Source: Candidatus Shapirobacteria bacterium (GTDB lineage: Bacteria > Patescibacteriota > Microgenomatia > UBA12405). From it: a DNA stretch of 64,000 bases. Both the position numbers and the translations under genes were made by a program. Position 1 is the stretch's first letter; the number at the start of each line of letters is the position of its first letter. Shown in pieces: positions 38,428 through 48,512 of this stretch. The notes beneath the pieces are model-generated. The model searched no databases. It was not told where the DNA came from and saw only the letters and a list, made by a program, of their open reading frames with translations. The DNA lies in assembly GCA_041658125.1 (NCBI GenBank), contig JBBAAS010000002.1:8951-72950 (forward strand). The letters are read 5' to 3'.

Positions 38428-40209
38428 ATGAACGATAAAGACAGTAAAAAATGGAACCTCGACGATGTACTGCCGATGAGTCAATTTGATAATTTTTATC
38501 AGGAAATTGAGAGGAATATTGAGGAAATAGATAAATGGTGGAATAAACTTGGACCGGAAATGGAAAAAAAGGATTTCGGAGAATTGATTGAATTTACCGA
38601 AAACTTGGGAGAGAAAATAACAAGAATAGTGGATTTACCATACTTGATGGAGGCGGCTGATGAAAAGGATAAAACAGCAAAACTATTGAAGACTAAGGCT
38701 AACGACTTGGCAATTAAGTGTCAAGAGAAAACCAGAAAAATTAATCATTGGTTAAGAGGGCTGGAAGTAGAAGGCAAAAAAAGACTGGACGACAAAAATG
38801 CTAAAAGATTGTTTGCGGCGATAACGGATTTGGAATATGGCTTGAGCCGGATGAGAGAAGCGGCGAAACATACTTTGAGTCAAAAAGAAGAGAATGTTGT
38901 CACCAATAAAGACGTAAATGGCATTGAGACATTGAAGGATTTGAGAGAAATAATTGAAGCCGAATTTGAATATGAGCTGAAGATAGAAGGTAAAGAAATC
39001 AGGGTCATAAAGACCCAATCAGAACTTTTAGCCTTAACCCACTCGGTTGATAAGGAGGAAAGAAAGGCGGCTTATGAGGCATTGTTAAAAAAACAAAAAG
39101 ACAATCTTGATAAGTTGTTTTTGGTGTATCAGGCGGCAGTAAAGGACTGGGGGTATGAAGCTAAAATAAGAGGATTTAAGTCGCCGATAACGGTGAGAAA
39201 TTTTGCCAACGATATCGAAGATAAGGCGGTAGAAACGATGATGGCGGTGTGTCAAGAAAAAAAGGAAATATTTCTAAAATATTTTGAGTGGAAGGCAAAG
39301 AAGTTAGGAGTGAAAAAACTGACAAGGTTTGATCTTTATGCACCGATAGAAACGAAAACAAATCAGGTAATGAGCTACGAAAAGGCTAAGGAGTTGGTCT
39401 TGTCGACCTTGGATGAATTTTCAGCCGATTTTAAAAGACTGGCAGAAAAAGTAATTGAAGAAAAACATGTTGACGTGGAACCAAGGGTTAATAAAAGAAG
39501 CGGAGCTTTTTGCGCGACAATCGGACCAAAAATTACGCCATACATACTGCTAAACCATACCGGAACAATCCGGGATGTGTATACCCTGGCCCACGAATTG
39601 GGGCATGCAGTTCACTCACTTTTAGCCAATAAACATTGGCCATCAGTCCAACAGGCCAATTTACCGCTGGCAGAGACAGCTTCGACATTGGCAGAAATGG
39701 TTTTATTTGAAAAAATACTAGAGAAGGAAAAAGATAAAAAAACAAAAACGGCAATGGTGAGCCAAAAAATTGATGATACTTACGCGACGACGTTAAGACA
39801 AATTTATTTTGTATTGTTTGAAATGAGAGCACACGAAGAGATTAAAAAAGGAATTACAGATGAAGGACTGGCAAAAATTTGGCTGGAAATGTTATCGGAG
39901 CAATTAGGAAAAAGTGTCGAGGTTGATCCCCTGTTTGCATATGAGTGGGGATATGTGTCGCACATAGTGGAATCGCCGTTTTATTGTTACGCCTATGCTT
40001 TTGGAGAATTGTTAACAATATCGTTATATGGAAGATATAAAAAAGAAGGAAAAGGATTTTTGCCAAAGATTGAGAAGTTGCTGGCGGCAGGAGGATCTAA
40101 AAGTCCAAACACAATTTTGAAGGAGGCGGGAGTGAATATAAATCAAAGAGCGTTTTGGGAGGAGGGCTTTGGAATAATAGAAAACTGGATAAAATTGTTA
40201 GACAATTAA
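38428..40209 (+). CDS. Oligoendopeptidase F (M3B)
   Basis: WNL.D, KRSGAFC, HELGHAVH, AETAS, FYCYAYAFG. Confidence 0.93.
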   Translation: MNDKDSKKWNLDDVLPMSQFDNFYQEIERNIEEIDKWWNKLGPEMEKKDFGELIEFTENLGEKITRIVDLPYLMEAADEKDKTAKLLKTKANDLAIKCQEKTRKINHWLRGLEVEGKKRLDDKNAKRLFAAITDLEYGLSRMREAAKHTLSQKEENVVTNKDVNGIETLKDLREIIEAEFEYELKIEGKEIRVIKTQSELLALTHSVDKEERKAAYEALLKKQKDNLDKLFLVYQAAVKDWGYEAKIRGFKSPITVRNFANDIEDKAVETMMAVCQEKKEIFLKYFEWKAKKLGVKKLTRFDLYAPIETKTNQVMSYEKAKELVLSTLDEFSADFKRLAEKVIEEKHVDVEPRVNKRSGAFCATIGPKITPYILLNHTGTIRDVYTLAHELGHAVHSLLANKHWPSVQQANLPLAETASTLAEMVLFEKILEKEKDKKTKTAMVSQKIDDTYATTLRQIYFVLFEMRAHEEIKKGITDEGLAKIWLEMLSEQLGKSVEVDPLFAYEWGYVSHIVESPFYCYAYAFGELLTISLYGRYKKEGKGFLPKIEKLLAAGGSKSPNTILKEAGVNINQRAFWEEGFGIIENWIKLLDN

Positions 40210-40246
40210 CCGACATTCCTTAAGAGTAAGAGTATAATTTAGGGTC

Positions 40247-40927
40247 GTGACTAAAGGAAATCTAATAAGTTCGATGGACGAAGGGGTAAAGAAAAAACTG
40301 ATGACTTTTTTTGAAAACTACAAACTGGTAGGGTTCAAAAAGGGCCAAATAATTTTTCAGCCGGGAGATGAATTACACCAGGTAATGTTTGTAAAAAGCG
40401 GTTATGCCAGGATGTACTCGCTGACAAAAAATGGAAAAGAAATGACCTTGCCATTAATGCGACCATTGTTTTTTGCCTCAATGGTCTATGCTATGACAGG
40501 AATGGAAAACCATTGTTTTTTTGAAGCGATAAGCCCGACAGAGGTTTGGGTAGCACCGACAAGCGAATTAAATGATTTTTTGAAAAAAAATAAAAAAACT
40601 AAGGATGATTTGGTTAGGCTGGTGGTAAATGAATTTGTGGATATGACCTGTAACATGCAGCAGTTAATATCAAGCGACGCAGCGGCAAAATTAGCAAGAA
40701 TAATAGAAATTATTGCGGCGAGGTTCGGAGAAAATAAGGATGGCGGAGTATTAGTAAAATTCAACACGCCTCACCGATTGCTGGCCTCAATGACCGGATT
40801 GACGCGGGAGACAATAACCCTACAACTGATCAAAATGGAAAAAGAAGGGATAACCGAAAATAAAAATAAAAGGATTTTAGTGAAAGACTGGAAAAGATTG
40901 AAAGAAATGGCAGGAATAGAAAATTAA
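40247..40927 (+). CDS. Crp/Fnr-family transcriptional regulator
   Basis: cNMP-binding fold; HTH LASMTGLTRETIT. Confidence 0.9.
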   Translation: MTKGNLISSMDEGVKKKLMTFFENYKLVGFKKGQIIFQPGDELHQVMFVKSGYARMYSLTKNGKEMTLPLMRPLFFASMVYAMTGMENHCFFEAISPTEVWVAPTSELNDFLKKNKKTKDDLVRLVVNEFVDMTCNMQQLISSDAAAKLARIIEIIAARFGENKDGGVLVKFNTPHRLLASMTGLTRETITLQLIKMEKEGITENKNKRILVKDWKRLKEMAGIEN

Positions 40928-40954
40928 TTAATTATAGAGATTTTCTAACGAGAA

Positions 40955-41485
40955 CTATTCGCGGCAACAATCAAGAATTTTACCAATAACACCGGAGATT
41001 TTACCTAAAAAATCAGATTTTTTTAGCTCAACGGGTTGGTCTTGAGAGTTTTCTGCTACAAGACTTTTTGAATCCGACTTGACGATGCCAAGGTTAATCC
41101 CCCAAAAAAGATTGTAAAGATCATAGGATTTTTTGAAAAAATTGTCGGCCTTTTTTTGATCGCCCTGATGGAGAGCTTTGGTACCGACTTCAAAAAGACG
41201 CATGGAGGCGGCTAATAAATGCTTACTGGTGCACCAAACTTCACCTTCGGGATCTTTGACAATGAGCTTGAGAAGTTCTTTGCGCATTTCCCGGGTTTGA
41301 TGAAGGAGATCAAGATAGCTAGACTTGCCGGTTTTTTGAGAGGTGAAAAAAAGATGTTCTTCAATGGAAATTAAGTTCATGACGGCGATAGACAAATCTT
41401 CGTCGGAAGAAAGATCGAGCTTGTTGCCGGCTTCAGCCTGTTTAATTTTGGCCATGAATTTCTGAAGATCGGAGTTGGTGATCAT
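40955..41485 (-). CDS. Conserved hypothetical protein
   Basis: MNLISIEEH, WCTSKHLL, terminal DCCRE. Confidence 0.8.
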   Translation of the reverse strand: MITNSDLQKFMAKIKQAEAGNKLDLSSDEDLSIAVMNLISIEEHLFFTSQKTGKSSYLDLLHQTREMRKELLKLIVKDPEGEVWCTSKHLLAASMRLFEVGTKALHQGDQKKADNFFKKSYDLYNLFWGINLGIVKSDSKSLVAENSQDQPVELKKSDFLGKISGVIGKILDCCRE

Positions 41486-41504
41486 GAGGGTATTTTAGCA
41501 ATTA

Positions 41505-42008
41505 CTACAAACTAAAGCCGAATTTGAAAACGAGAGTGGCCAATAACAGCAAACCGACGGGAAAAATGACTTTGGCATAAAGGAAAAGAGCGCGGTGGTG
41601 ATTTTTGGCTTTGGTATCGGCATAAATAATGTTGCCGGCGATGACCGTGAGAAGACCGATGGTTTGGCCAAAAATGATTTTGTCAAAACCCAAAAGACGA
41701 TTGTCAACAACACCAAGTTGACCAGTAAATTGGAAATAAGCAAGAGTAGTTAAAAAGAGAATTAGAGAAAGAACAATCCGTTTTTTGAGAAATTTAATTT
41801 TGATTTTAGGGGCCAACCAATAAGCAATAACAGTGTTGAGACCAGAAATCCAAATAGAAACTAAAAGATCGTCAATACCGAGCTTTTTGGCTAAAAACAT
41901 TCCCCCACCAACAGTGACAATACAAACAGGGCATTGGGCGAACGTTGTTTGAACGTTAGTTAAAAAAAAGACAATGAAACTTAATAAGAGGAGAAAAACC
42001 GATGGCAT
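41505..42008 (-). CDS. Hypothetical membrane protein with CPVC motif
   Basis: AQCPVC..., four TM helices. Confidence 0.8.
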   Translation of the reverse strand: MPSVFLLLLSFIVFFLTNVQTTFAQCPVCIVTVGGGMFLAKKLGIDDLLVSIWISGLNTVIAYWLAPKIKIKFLKKRIVLSLILFLTTLAYFQFTGQLGVVDNRLLGFDKIIFGQTIGLLTVIAGNIIYADTKAKNHHRALFLYAKVIFPVGLLLLATLVFKFGFSL

Positions 42009-42072
42009 GAATTTGATTATATCTGATGAAAAATTAAGTGTTCCACCTGCTTTGTACTACAAGTGTAGTTGT

Positions 42073-42438
42073 TCACTTTTTATTTGTCAAGGGAGAGAAT
42101 TTTTTGGAGACAGACTGGAATCTTTCTATTACTAGATTACCATAAGATCCGTATAACCGGTTAAAGAGATCGTCAAGGCAACGGGAAGCAAAAACCTGTT
42201 TGGTTTCAACGGGTGAATAAAAATAAACCTTGCCTTCCTGGCGACGACGAAGAAGCTCTTTGTCGGTCATGCGCTTAAGAACGGTCATAATAGTGGTGTA
42301 GGCATGTTTTCCTTTCAGAAAAGAAAGGACATCGGAAGGCTTGAGGGGATCTTTTGAAGCCCAAAGAATTTCCATAACTTTTTGCTCAAGACCACCGAGA
42401 AGATGACATTTGACATTGCAGTGGCCGACACATTTCAT
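42073..42438 (-). CDS. BlaI/MecI/CopY-family repressor with Cys/His-rich N-terminus
   Basis: MKCVGHCNVKCH then LGGLEQKVMEILW, AYTTIMTVLKRM. Confidence 0.92.
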   Translation of the reverse strand: MKCVGHCNVKCHLLGGLEQKVMEILWASKDPLKPSDVLSFLKGKHAYTTIMTVLKRMTDKELLRRRQEGKVYFYSPVETKQVFASRCLDDLFNRLYGSYGNLVIERFQSVSKKFSPLTNKK

Positions 42439-42492
42439 TACTACGATTGTAGCAGGAGGGAATATATTTTACCAGAGTGCTAAAATCTTGAT

Positions 42493-43053
42493 ATGACAAA
42501 AACACAACAAAACCTACTCAAAGCATTTGCTGGAGAGAGCCAAGCGAGGAACAAATACTTGGTATTTGCCAAAATGGCGAGAAAAGAAGGGATGGAGTGG
42601 ATAGCCAGAGTGTTTGAAGAAACGGCCGACAATGAAAGAGCCCATGCCCAAGAATTGTTTGAATTAATTTTAGGACCGGTAATAGTGACTGGAGAACTGG
42701 CAATTGCACCATTTAGCGATAAGACGGCAGAAAATTTGGTAACGGCGGCGGAGGGAGAAAAATTTGAATGGACAACAATGTATCCGGATTTTGAAAAAAT
42801 AGCCAAAGAAGAGGGAGAAGCAGGGCCGGAAAGGCTATTTAGAGAGTTAAAAGAAGTGGAGGAAAAACACGAAGAAAGATATTTGATATTGGCAAAAAAA
42901 GTAGCGGATAAAACGCTTTATACAGCCGAAACCGAAGTAGAGTGGAAATGCCTAAATTGCGGATATATTCACAAAGGAAGCACAGCGCCGACAAAATGTC
43001 CATTGTGCCAAAAAACGCAAGATTGGTATCAACAACTAGGACTTATCCGATAG
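42493..43053 (+). CDS. rbr: Rubrerythrin
   Basis: AFAGESQARNKY, E..HA, E..HE, WKCLNCGY...CPLC. Confidence 0.96.
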   Translation: MTKTQQNLLKAFAGESQARNKYLVFAKMARKEGMEWIARVFEETADNERAHAQELFELILGPVIVTGELAIAPFSDKTAENLVTAAEGEKFEWTTMYPDFEKIAKEEGEAGPERLFRELKEVEEKHEERYLILAKKVADKTLYTAETEVEWKCLNCGYIHKGSTAPTKCPLCQKTQDWYQQLGLIR

Positions 43054-44134
43054 CCTGAATTTTCAAAGGGGAAACAATTTGACCGGTTAGAGTCAAAGGA
43101 ATGGTGTCGAAACGATGGTCGTGGTGACGGGTAGCAAGAAGATATTTGCCGTCGTAAAGAGGAGTGGTAGTCTTGAAAAGACCAAGGATATTGGAACGTA
43201 AAACCCGAGACGGATGACCTTTGTCGTCCTGAATTTCGATAATGGCTTCTTCGATGATTTTGCCATCGGGAGTGGTAACCATACCGGCAATGATGTTGGG
43301 TTCAGTTGGAGTATTGGGCATGGGAATGTCACCAAATTTGGCTTTACCGGTGGCTTCTAATTTAACATGAGTAACGAGAGGAGCCGGTTTAAAAACAGCT
43401 TTTTTAACTGAAGTTAATTTTTGAAAAAGTTGATCGGAAACTGACGGCTTGGTATTAACAGTCGGAGAAGAGACGACAGAACTAGGTCGTGATAAGGGTG
43501 GAGCCGGTGAAATAATCTTTTCTTCGGGAGTTAGAAGAAATTCGTTGAGAGCTAGGATAAGATCCGGGTAATTTTTATAGAGAACGGCGTTGATGCCAAA
43601 TTTTTGAGCAGCGACGATATTGGACAACTTATCATCAACAAAAACGACTTCAAGCGGATTCCACCGACCGTGATTAAAAATAGCTTTATAAATAAAAGGC
43701 ATGGGTTTACGAAGTTGATACTCCCAAGAATAGATAGAATAGTCAAAAAGAGGACTGATCCATTTTTGGTAGAAAGGAGCAAGAAAATATTCAGCATTGG
43801 AGATACAGCCAATTGAAAATTTTTGGGAACGAAGATAGGCAATAAGGTCTACCAATGATTGGTTAAGATGTGACTTGAAAGCAGATTCATTGCTAAAAGC
43901 TTGATCGATTAGGGCGACAAGTGGCCGGGGATCAACCTTTGGATTGATGGTTTTGAACCAATCTTCAAGCTTAAGATGGCTAGTTTCAAACTGGGCATAG
44001 ACATCTAAATAGAGATTTTCGATTACTTCAGAGGTAATGCCAAGAGACTGGGCCCAAGAAGAACGAAGAATTTGAGAAAGCGGCTGATAGTTCCAAATAA
44101 CTTTACCTACATCAAAAACAATGGTTTTAACCAT
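43043..44134 (-). CDS. HAD hydrolase fused to a carboxypeptidase-regulatory-like beta-sandwich
   Basis: FDVGKV, SN, RKP, FVDD..N; C-terminal domain paralogous to that of 49502-50365. Confidence 0.85.
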   Translation of the reverse strand: MVKTIVFDVGKVIWNYQPLSQILRSSWAQSLGITSEVIENLYLDVYAQFETSHLKLEDWFKTINPKVDPRPLVALIDQAFSNESAFKSHLNQSLVDLIAYLRSQKFSIGCISNAEYFLAPFYQKWISPLFDYSIYSWEYQLRKPMPFIYKAIFNHGRWNPLEVVFVDDKLSNIVAAQKFGINAVLYKNYPDLILALNEFLLTPEEKIISPAPPLSRPSSVVSSPTVNTKPSVSDQLFQKLTSVKKAVFKPAPLVTHVKLEATGKAKFGDIPMPNTPTEPNIIAGMVTTPDGKIIEEAIIEIQDDKGHPSRVLRSNILGLFKTTTPLYDGKYLLATRHHDHRFDTIPLTLTGQIVSPLKIQAIG

Positions 44135-44161
44135 GCAGTTTTATTATAGAGGATACTTTAG

Positions 44162-44545
44162 TTAAAGTCCGTGATAGAAGGAGTTCATTTTGGGTAAGAA
44201 AATAACTAAGGCAACGATAAAAGAAACAACGGCTAAAACTAAAACAGCGGCAGCAGCAAGATTGCGCATGTTGGTGGTGTCATCGTAACCAAGCTTGAAC
44301 TTGAGCTTGAGCATATCAGCGATATTTTCAATAGAAGAATTAATAAGCTCGGCAGAAAAAACTAAACCGATGCAAAGAATAATTATTAACCACTCAAAAG
44401 AAGAAAGATGAAAATAAAAACCGGCAAGAACTACCACAATGGTGGCCAGACAATGAACCTTGAGATTGCGCTCGGTGCGAAGACCATAAATAAGACCACG
44501 AAAAGCAAAAACAAAGCTACGAAGGAACTTTTTTAAAGAAATCAT
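44162..44545 (-). CDS. dgkA: Diacylglycerol/undecaprenol kinase
   Basis: SF.FAFRG, ERNL..H, AELINSSIE, LAAAAVL. Confidence 0.9.
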   Translation of the reverse strand: MISLKKFLRSFVFAFRGLIYGLRTERNLKVHCLATIVVVLAGFYFHLSSFEWLIIILCIGLVFSAELINSSIENIADMLKLKFKLGYDDTTNMRNLAAAAVLVLAVVSFIVALVIFLPKMNSFYHGL

Positions 44546-44548
44546 TAT

Positions 44549-45379
44549 TTATCTTACTATTTTTTGACACTTGGGGCAAAAAAAAGTACCCCGGCCACCA
44601 AGCTTGATATATTTTATCGGAGTTTGACATTGAAGACATGGCTCCCTTTTTCGCTCATAGACCCGGAAATAAAACTGATTTGAACCAGATGAACCGTCGG
44701 GTTTCAGATAGCCATGGTCTTTGGCGGTAGAACCGCCAGCGAGAATGGATTGACGCATGATGGCAAGAAGAGAATGATAAAGCTTTAAGGCTTTGACGCG
44801 GGAAATTTTGTTAGCAGGAGACTCCGGATGAATTTTGGACAAAAAAAGAGAATCGTTGGCATAAATATTACCGATACCGGCAAACTTTGACTGGTCGAGA
44901 AGAACTGTTTTTACTGGACGGGAAGATGATTGAAGCTGAGAATGAAAATATTTTGGAGTAAATAAGGGATCCAAAACATCGAGACCAAGGTTTTTTTGAA
45001 ACTTGATAAGCTCTGCCGGGGTAAAAACCCGGGCCCAGCCGAATTTACGTTGGTCGTTAAAAAGTAATTTGCGGCCGTTGGAAAGGGTAAATATTAAACG
45101 AGCAGACCTGGCTGATGAAAGTGGGTGACCGAGAACGGTACCGGAATAGATAATTTGTCCGGTCATTTTGAGATGGAACAATAAAACTAAATTGTTTTTC
45201 AAAACTACCGAGAGTTGTTTGCCAAGGCGGGACAACTTGATAATTTTTTGGCCTTCGATAAGTTTGGGATTACCAATAAAAGATTTAGGGGTGAGAATTT
45301 TAAGACCAGAAATGGTTTGACCGATGATTTTTTTGGCTAAAAATTGATGAATGACTTCGACTTCAGGAAGTTCCGGCAT
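44549..45379 (-). CDS. mutM: Formamidopyrimidine-DNA glycosylase
   Basis: MPELPEVE, HLKMTG, D.RKFG, GIGNIYA, C..C...RGTFFCPKCQ. Confidence 0.97.
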   Translation of the reverse strand: MPELPEVEVIHQFLAKKIIGQTISGLKILTPKSFIGNPKLIEGQKIIKLSRLGKQLSVVLKNNLVLLFHLKMTGQIIYSGTVLGHPLSSARSARLIFTLSNGRKLLFNDQRKFGWARVFTPAELIKFQKNLGLDVLDPLFTPKYFHSQLQSSSRPVKTVLLDQSKFAGIGNIYANDSLFLSKIHPESPANKISRVKALKLYHSLLAIMRQSILAGGSTAKDHGYLKPDGSSGSNQFYFRVYERKREPCLQCQTPIKYIKLGGRGTFFCPKCQKIVR

Positions 45380-45397
45380 GAGAGTATTATATCGGTC

Positions 45398-46333
45398 TTA
45401 TCGTGTATGTTCGAAATCGGTTAGGTCATCAAAGTCGACAGACGTTGTTTTGTTTTTGGAGAGACGGAAAATAGCAACCTTAGTATCGGCGAGACGGTCT
45501 TTGACTAAACTAATAGAGTTGAGAAAGACTTGAGTGGAGACAAGATAACTGGTGAGTAAAAAAACATCAGATATCTGTTTGTTGCCGACGATGACCGAAT
45601 AAACAAGGTAAATCAAGACCAGACTAAAAAAGACGACAGCAGTATTCTGAAGGCTAAACCATTCCCAAAAGCCATGGGCACAAAGCCGGTGATATTGTTT
45701 GAGAAGCTGAGAGGATTCAAGAGAGATGTCATTACTGCTTTGAAGTTTGCCGTAGTAATTTTCGATTTTTTTGTTTTGATCTTCTTTGATTTTGGCGTAA
45801 AGACCGGTAGTATATTCATCGGTAAAAAAATAGACCAGTATATAGGCTATTTGTAAAATAAAAACACGAAAATCCAAAAAAAAGACGAGGGTCGGAAGAT
45901 AAAAAAGGGAAACAAAACCGTCAATGCCCGGCTGATTGATAACTTCCATGGTCAAACGGGTAGCATCGGAAAAATTGCGGATGGTTTGGACAGCCTGATG
46001 ACGTTTTTTCTTGTCCTGAAGTTGAAGGTCTTGAGTAAAAAATTTCTGAATGTGGGATTCCGTTTTATAAATCAGATACTGAATCTTGTGGACGGACAAA
46101 AGACGAAGAAAATTGTCCAGAAGATAGAAAACAAAGGTAAGAAAAACTAAAAAATAAGTTCGATTGGGAGTACAGCTGGTTTCAAGGCAACGGATAATTT
46201 GAGAAAAAAGGTAAACAGCAAGAGGAGGAATTAAAACAGAAACGATGCGAATAAAAAACCAAAAGACAAATTGATTTTTTTCGTAAATCAGACGATAAAT
46301 ATATTTGATAGCTTCTCGGGTTTCACGGGTCAC
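45398..46333 (-). CDS. Hypothetical membrane protein, ABC-exporter TM-domain-like
   Basis: About six TM helices, no Walker motifs. Confidence 0.65.
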   Translation of the reverse strand: MTRETREAIKYIYRLIYEKNQFVFWFFIRIVSVLIPPLAVYLFSQIIRCLETSCTPNRTYFLVFLTFVFYLLDNFLRLLSVHKIQYLIYKTESHIQKFFTQDLQLQDKKKRHQAVQTIRNFSDATRLTMEVINQPGIDGFVSLFYLPTLVFFLDFRVFILQIAYILVYFFTDEYTTGLYAKIKEDQNKKIENYYGKLQSSNDISLESSQLLKQYHRLCAHGFWEWFSLQNTAVVFFSLVLIYLVYSVIVGNKQISDVFLLTSYLVSTQVFLNSISLVKDRLADTKVAIFRLSKNKTTSVDFDDLTDFEHTR

Positions 46334-46392
46334 GAGTTAATTCTAAGTCAGGTAAGTTACTTAAGTAAAGATGATAGGATAAAATAGGTGTT

Positions 46393-47346
46393 ATGGATGA
46401 AGATATGAAAATATTTGACACGGTGATTATCGGTTCGGGACCAGCTGGGTTGACGGCGGCAATTTATACAGCCAGAGCTGATTTGAAAACCGTAGTAATA
46501 GCAGGAAACAGACCGGGAGGACAATGTACTATTACAACAGTAATGGATAATTTTCCCGGGTTTCCCGAAGGAATAGGCGGATTTAAGTTGGTGACAGACA
46601 TGCAAAAACAGGCGGTGCGCTTTGGGGCCGAGATTAAACAGGGAATAGTAAAAGAAATAAAAAACCAAGAGGAATTTGAAATTGTTTTGGAAAACGGAGA
46701 AATAATCACGACAAAATCGGTAGTACTAGCAACGGGAGCTCAAGCAAAATGGTTAGGACTACCAAAGGAAAAGGAATTAATCGGAAAAGGAGTGTCGGGG
46801 TGTGCCACGTGCGATGGAATGTTTTTTAGGGACAAAATTGTAGCCGTAATAGGCGGGGGAAATGTGGCTTGCCAGGAAGCGGTATTTTTAGCAAAATTTG
46901 CCAGAAAAGTTTATTTAATTCACCGAAGGGATCAACTTAGAGCCAGCGCCACCGAACAAAAAAGAGCTTTAGACGAGCCAAAAATTGAGCTGGTGTGGAA
47001 TAGCGAAGTAATAGAAATAATCGGCGAGTCGAAGGTTGAAAGTCTGAAAGTCAAAAACAATGTGACAGGCGAGGAAAAAATACTACCGGTCGACGGAATG
47101 TTTGTAGCTATCGGACATACGCCATCAACTGATTTTGTAAAAGGACTGGTAGAGTTGATGGAAGACGGACACGTAGTTATTGGCAAAAACAAAGAATTAC
47201 CAACAATGACGAGTGTGGAAGGAATTTTTGCGGCCGGAGACTGCGTTAATGAACATCATAAACAGGCGATAATTGCCGCCGGAGACGGAGCCAAAGCGGC
47301 GTTAGACCTGGAAAAATGGATAGGCAGAAGAGAGTGGAGAAATTAA
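46393..47346 (+). CDS. trxB: Thioredoxin reductase
   Basis: GSGPAG, CATCDG, GGGN.A, HRRD, FAAGD. Confidence 0.97.
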   Translation: MDEDMKIFDTVIIGSGPAGLTAAIYTARADLKTVVIAGNRPGGQCTITTVMDNFPGFPEGIGGFKLVTDMQKQAVRFGAEIKQGIVKEIKNQEEFEIVLENGEIITTKSVVLATGAQAKWLGLPKEKELIGKGVSGCATCDGMFFRDKIVAVIGGGNVACQEAVFLAKFARKVYLIHRRDQLRASATEQKRALDEPKIELVWNSEVIEIIGESKVESLKVKNNVTGEEKILPVDGMFVAIGHTPSTDFVKGLVELMEDGHVVIGKNKELPTMTSVEGIFAAGDCVNEHHKQAIIAAGDGAKAALDLEKWIGRREWRN

Positions 47347-48506
47347 AAAAGAGATGAAGTGAATTTTTTAATTTTTTGAACGAACTGATCACGGGAAAAG
47401 CGGACGGCGTTTTTTTGACAATCTTTTGGGTCAATTTTTAGTTTTTGGAGTTTTTGAATAGCAGTAGCACAAGAGGCGGGGGTGAGTTCGTCAAAAAGAA
47501 CACCGGTTTTATTATCGACAACAGTTTCTGTAATGCCCCCGCTTTTGTAGCCGACAACAGGACAGCCATAACCCTGAGCTTCGACAGAAACAATACCAAA
47601 ATCTTCCTGATCGGAACAGAAAAGATAGGCTTTGGCTTGAGAAAAGAGATCGGCTTTTTGTTCTTGAGTAACTTCACCTAAAAATTCAACTGTAAGGCCG
47701 GCGATTGATTTTAATTGGCTTTCAAAGCCAGCAAAATCACGACCAAAAATTTTGAGAGGTAATTTGAGTTGATTGCAGGCTTGGATAGCGATGTCATAGC
47801 GCTTGGCACGAGCTAATCTACCACCAGTCAGATAGAACCGCTCGCCTACCATTTTGCGGTGCTCACGCCCTTCGGAAGGAACCTCGGATGATTGCGCTCC
47901 GAAAATGGCAGGCTTCGCTATTTTAAAAATTTCGACAGGGGGGTTGATGACGATAGAATTGCGGCGATAGAATTTTTGAATACGGGCGGCGGTAGTGGAA
48001 GAGTTAGCGATGAATTGATCAACATTTTGGGCATATTTGAAATCGAGGAGCCGGAGAAAATGATTGGCAATTTGGGCCAGAGCGTTGAAAAAAGGATATT
48101 TTTTTAAATCACGAGCGGTGGGAAGACCGTAAAGATATCGAGGGGGAGTGTGGCAATAACAAATGAGTTTAGCGGATTGTTTGTTGACGGCATTAGGGAA
48201 ATAGGCGCCGGTAGCAGAGGAAATTATTAGGTCAAAGTTTTTAAAGTTCATAAAGTTAAAAGCCAGAGGAGAAAGAAGACGAAGGGGGCTGATAATTTTA
48301 TGAGCGAAAAGCAAATATTGAAAAAAACTGGGGTGAATGCGGCCCTGCCACTTTTTTTCAAGACGGGAACGGTGAGGACCAAAAGAAGCGGGGTGATAAA
48401 GGGCGGTATAGATAGGAGCATCCGGAAAAATGTCGGAAAGAGCTTCTAAAACAGATTCAGCCCCGCCGTATTCTTTGAGATAGTCATGAACTAAAGCGAT
48501 ACGCAT
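47343..48506 (-). CDS. GT4 glycosyltransferase
   Basis: ALVHDYL..YGGAE, YCHTP.RY, EDFGIVSVEA. Confidence 0.93.
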   Translation of the reverse strand: MRIALVHDYLKEYGGAESVLEALSDIFPDAPIYTALYHPASFGPHRSRLEKKWQGRIHPSFFQYLLFAHKIISPLRLLSPLAFNFMNFKNFDLIISSATGAYFPNAVNKQSAKLICYCHTPPRYLYGLPTARDLKKYPFFNALAQIANHFLRLLDFKYAQNVDQFIANSSTTAARIQKFYRRNSIVINPPVEIFKIAKPAIFGAQSSEVPSEGREHRKMVGERFYLTGGRLARAKRYDIAIQACNQLKLPLKIFGRDFAGFESQLKSIAGLTVEFLGEVTQEQKADLFSQAKAYLFCSDQEDFGIVSVEAQGYGCPVVGYKSGGITETVVDNKTGVLFDELTPASCATAIQKLQKLKIDPKDCQKNAVRFSRDQFVQKIKKFTSSLF

Positions 48507-48512
48507 ATAGGT

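Noticed and set aside
42475-42483. CIRCE element upstream of rubrerythrin
   Set aside because: Only the right half-site GAGTGCTAA is present, and it coincides with an extended -10 (TGcTAAAAT).
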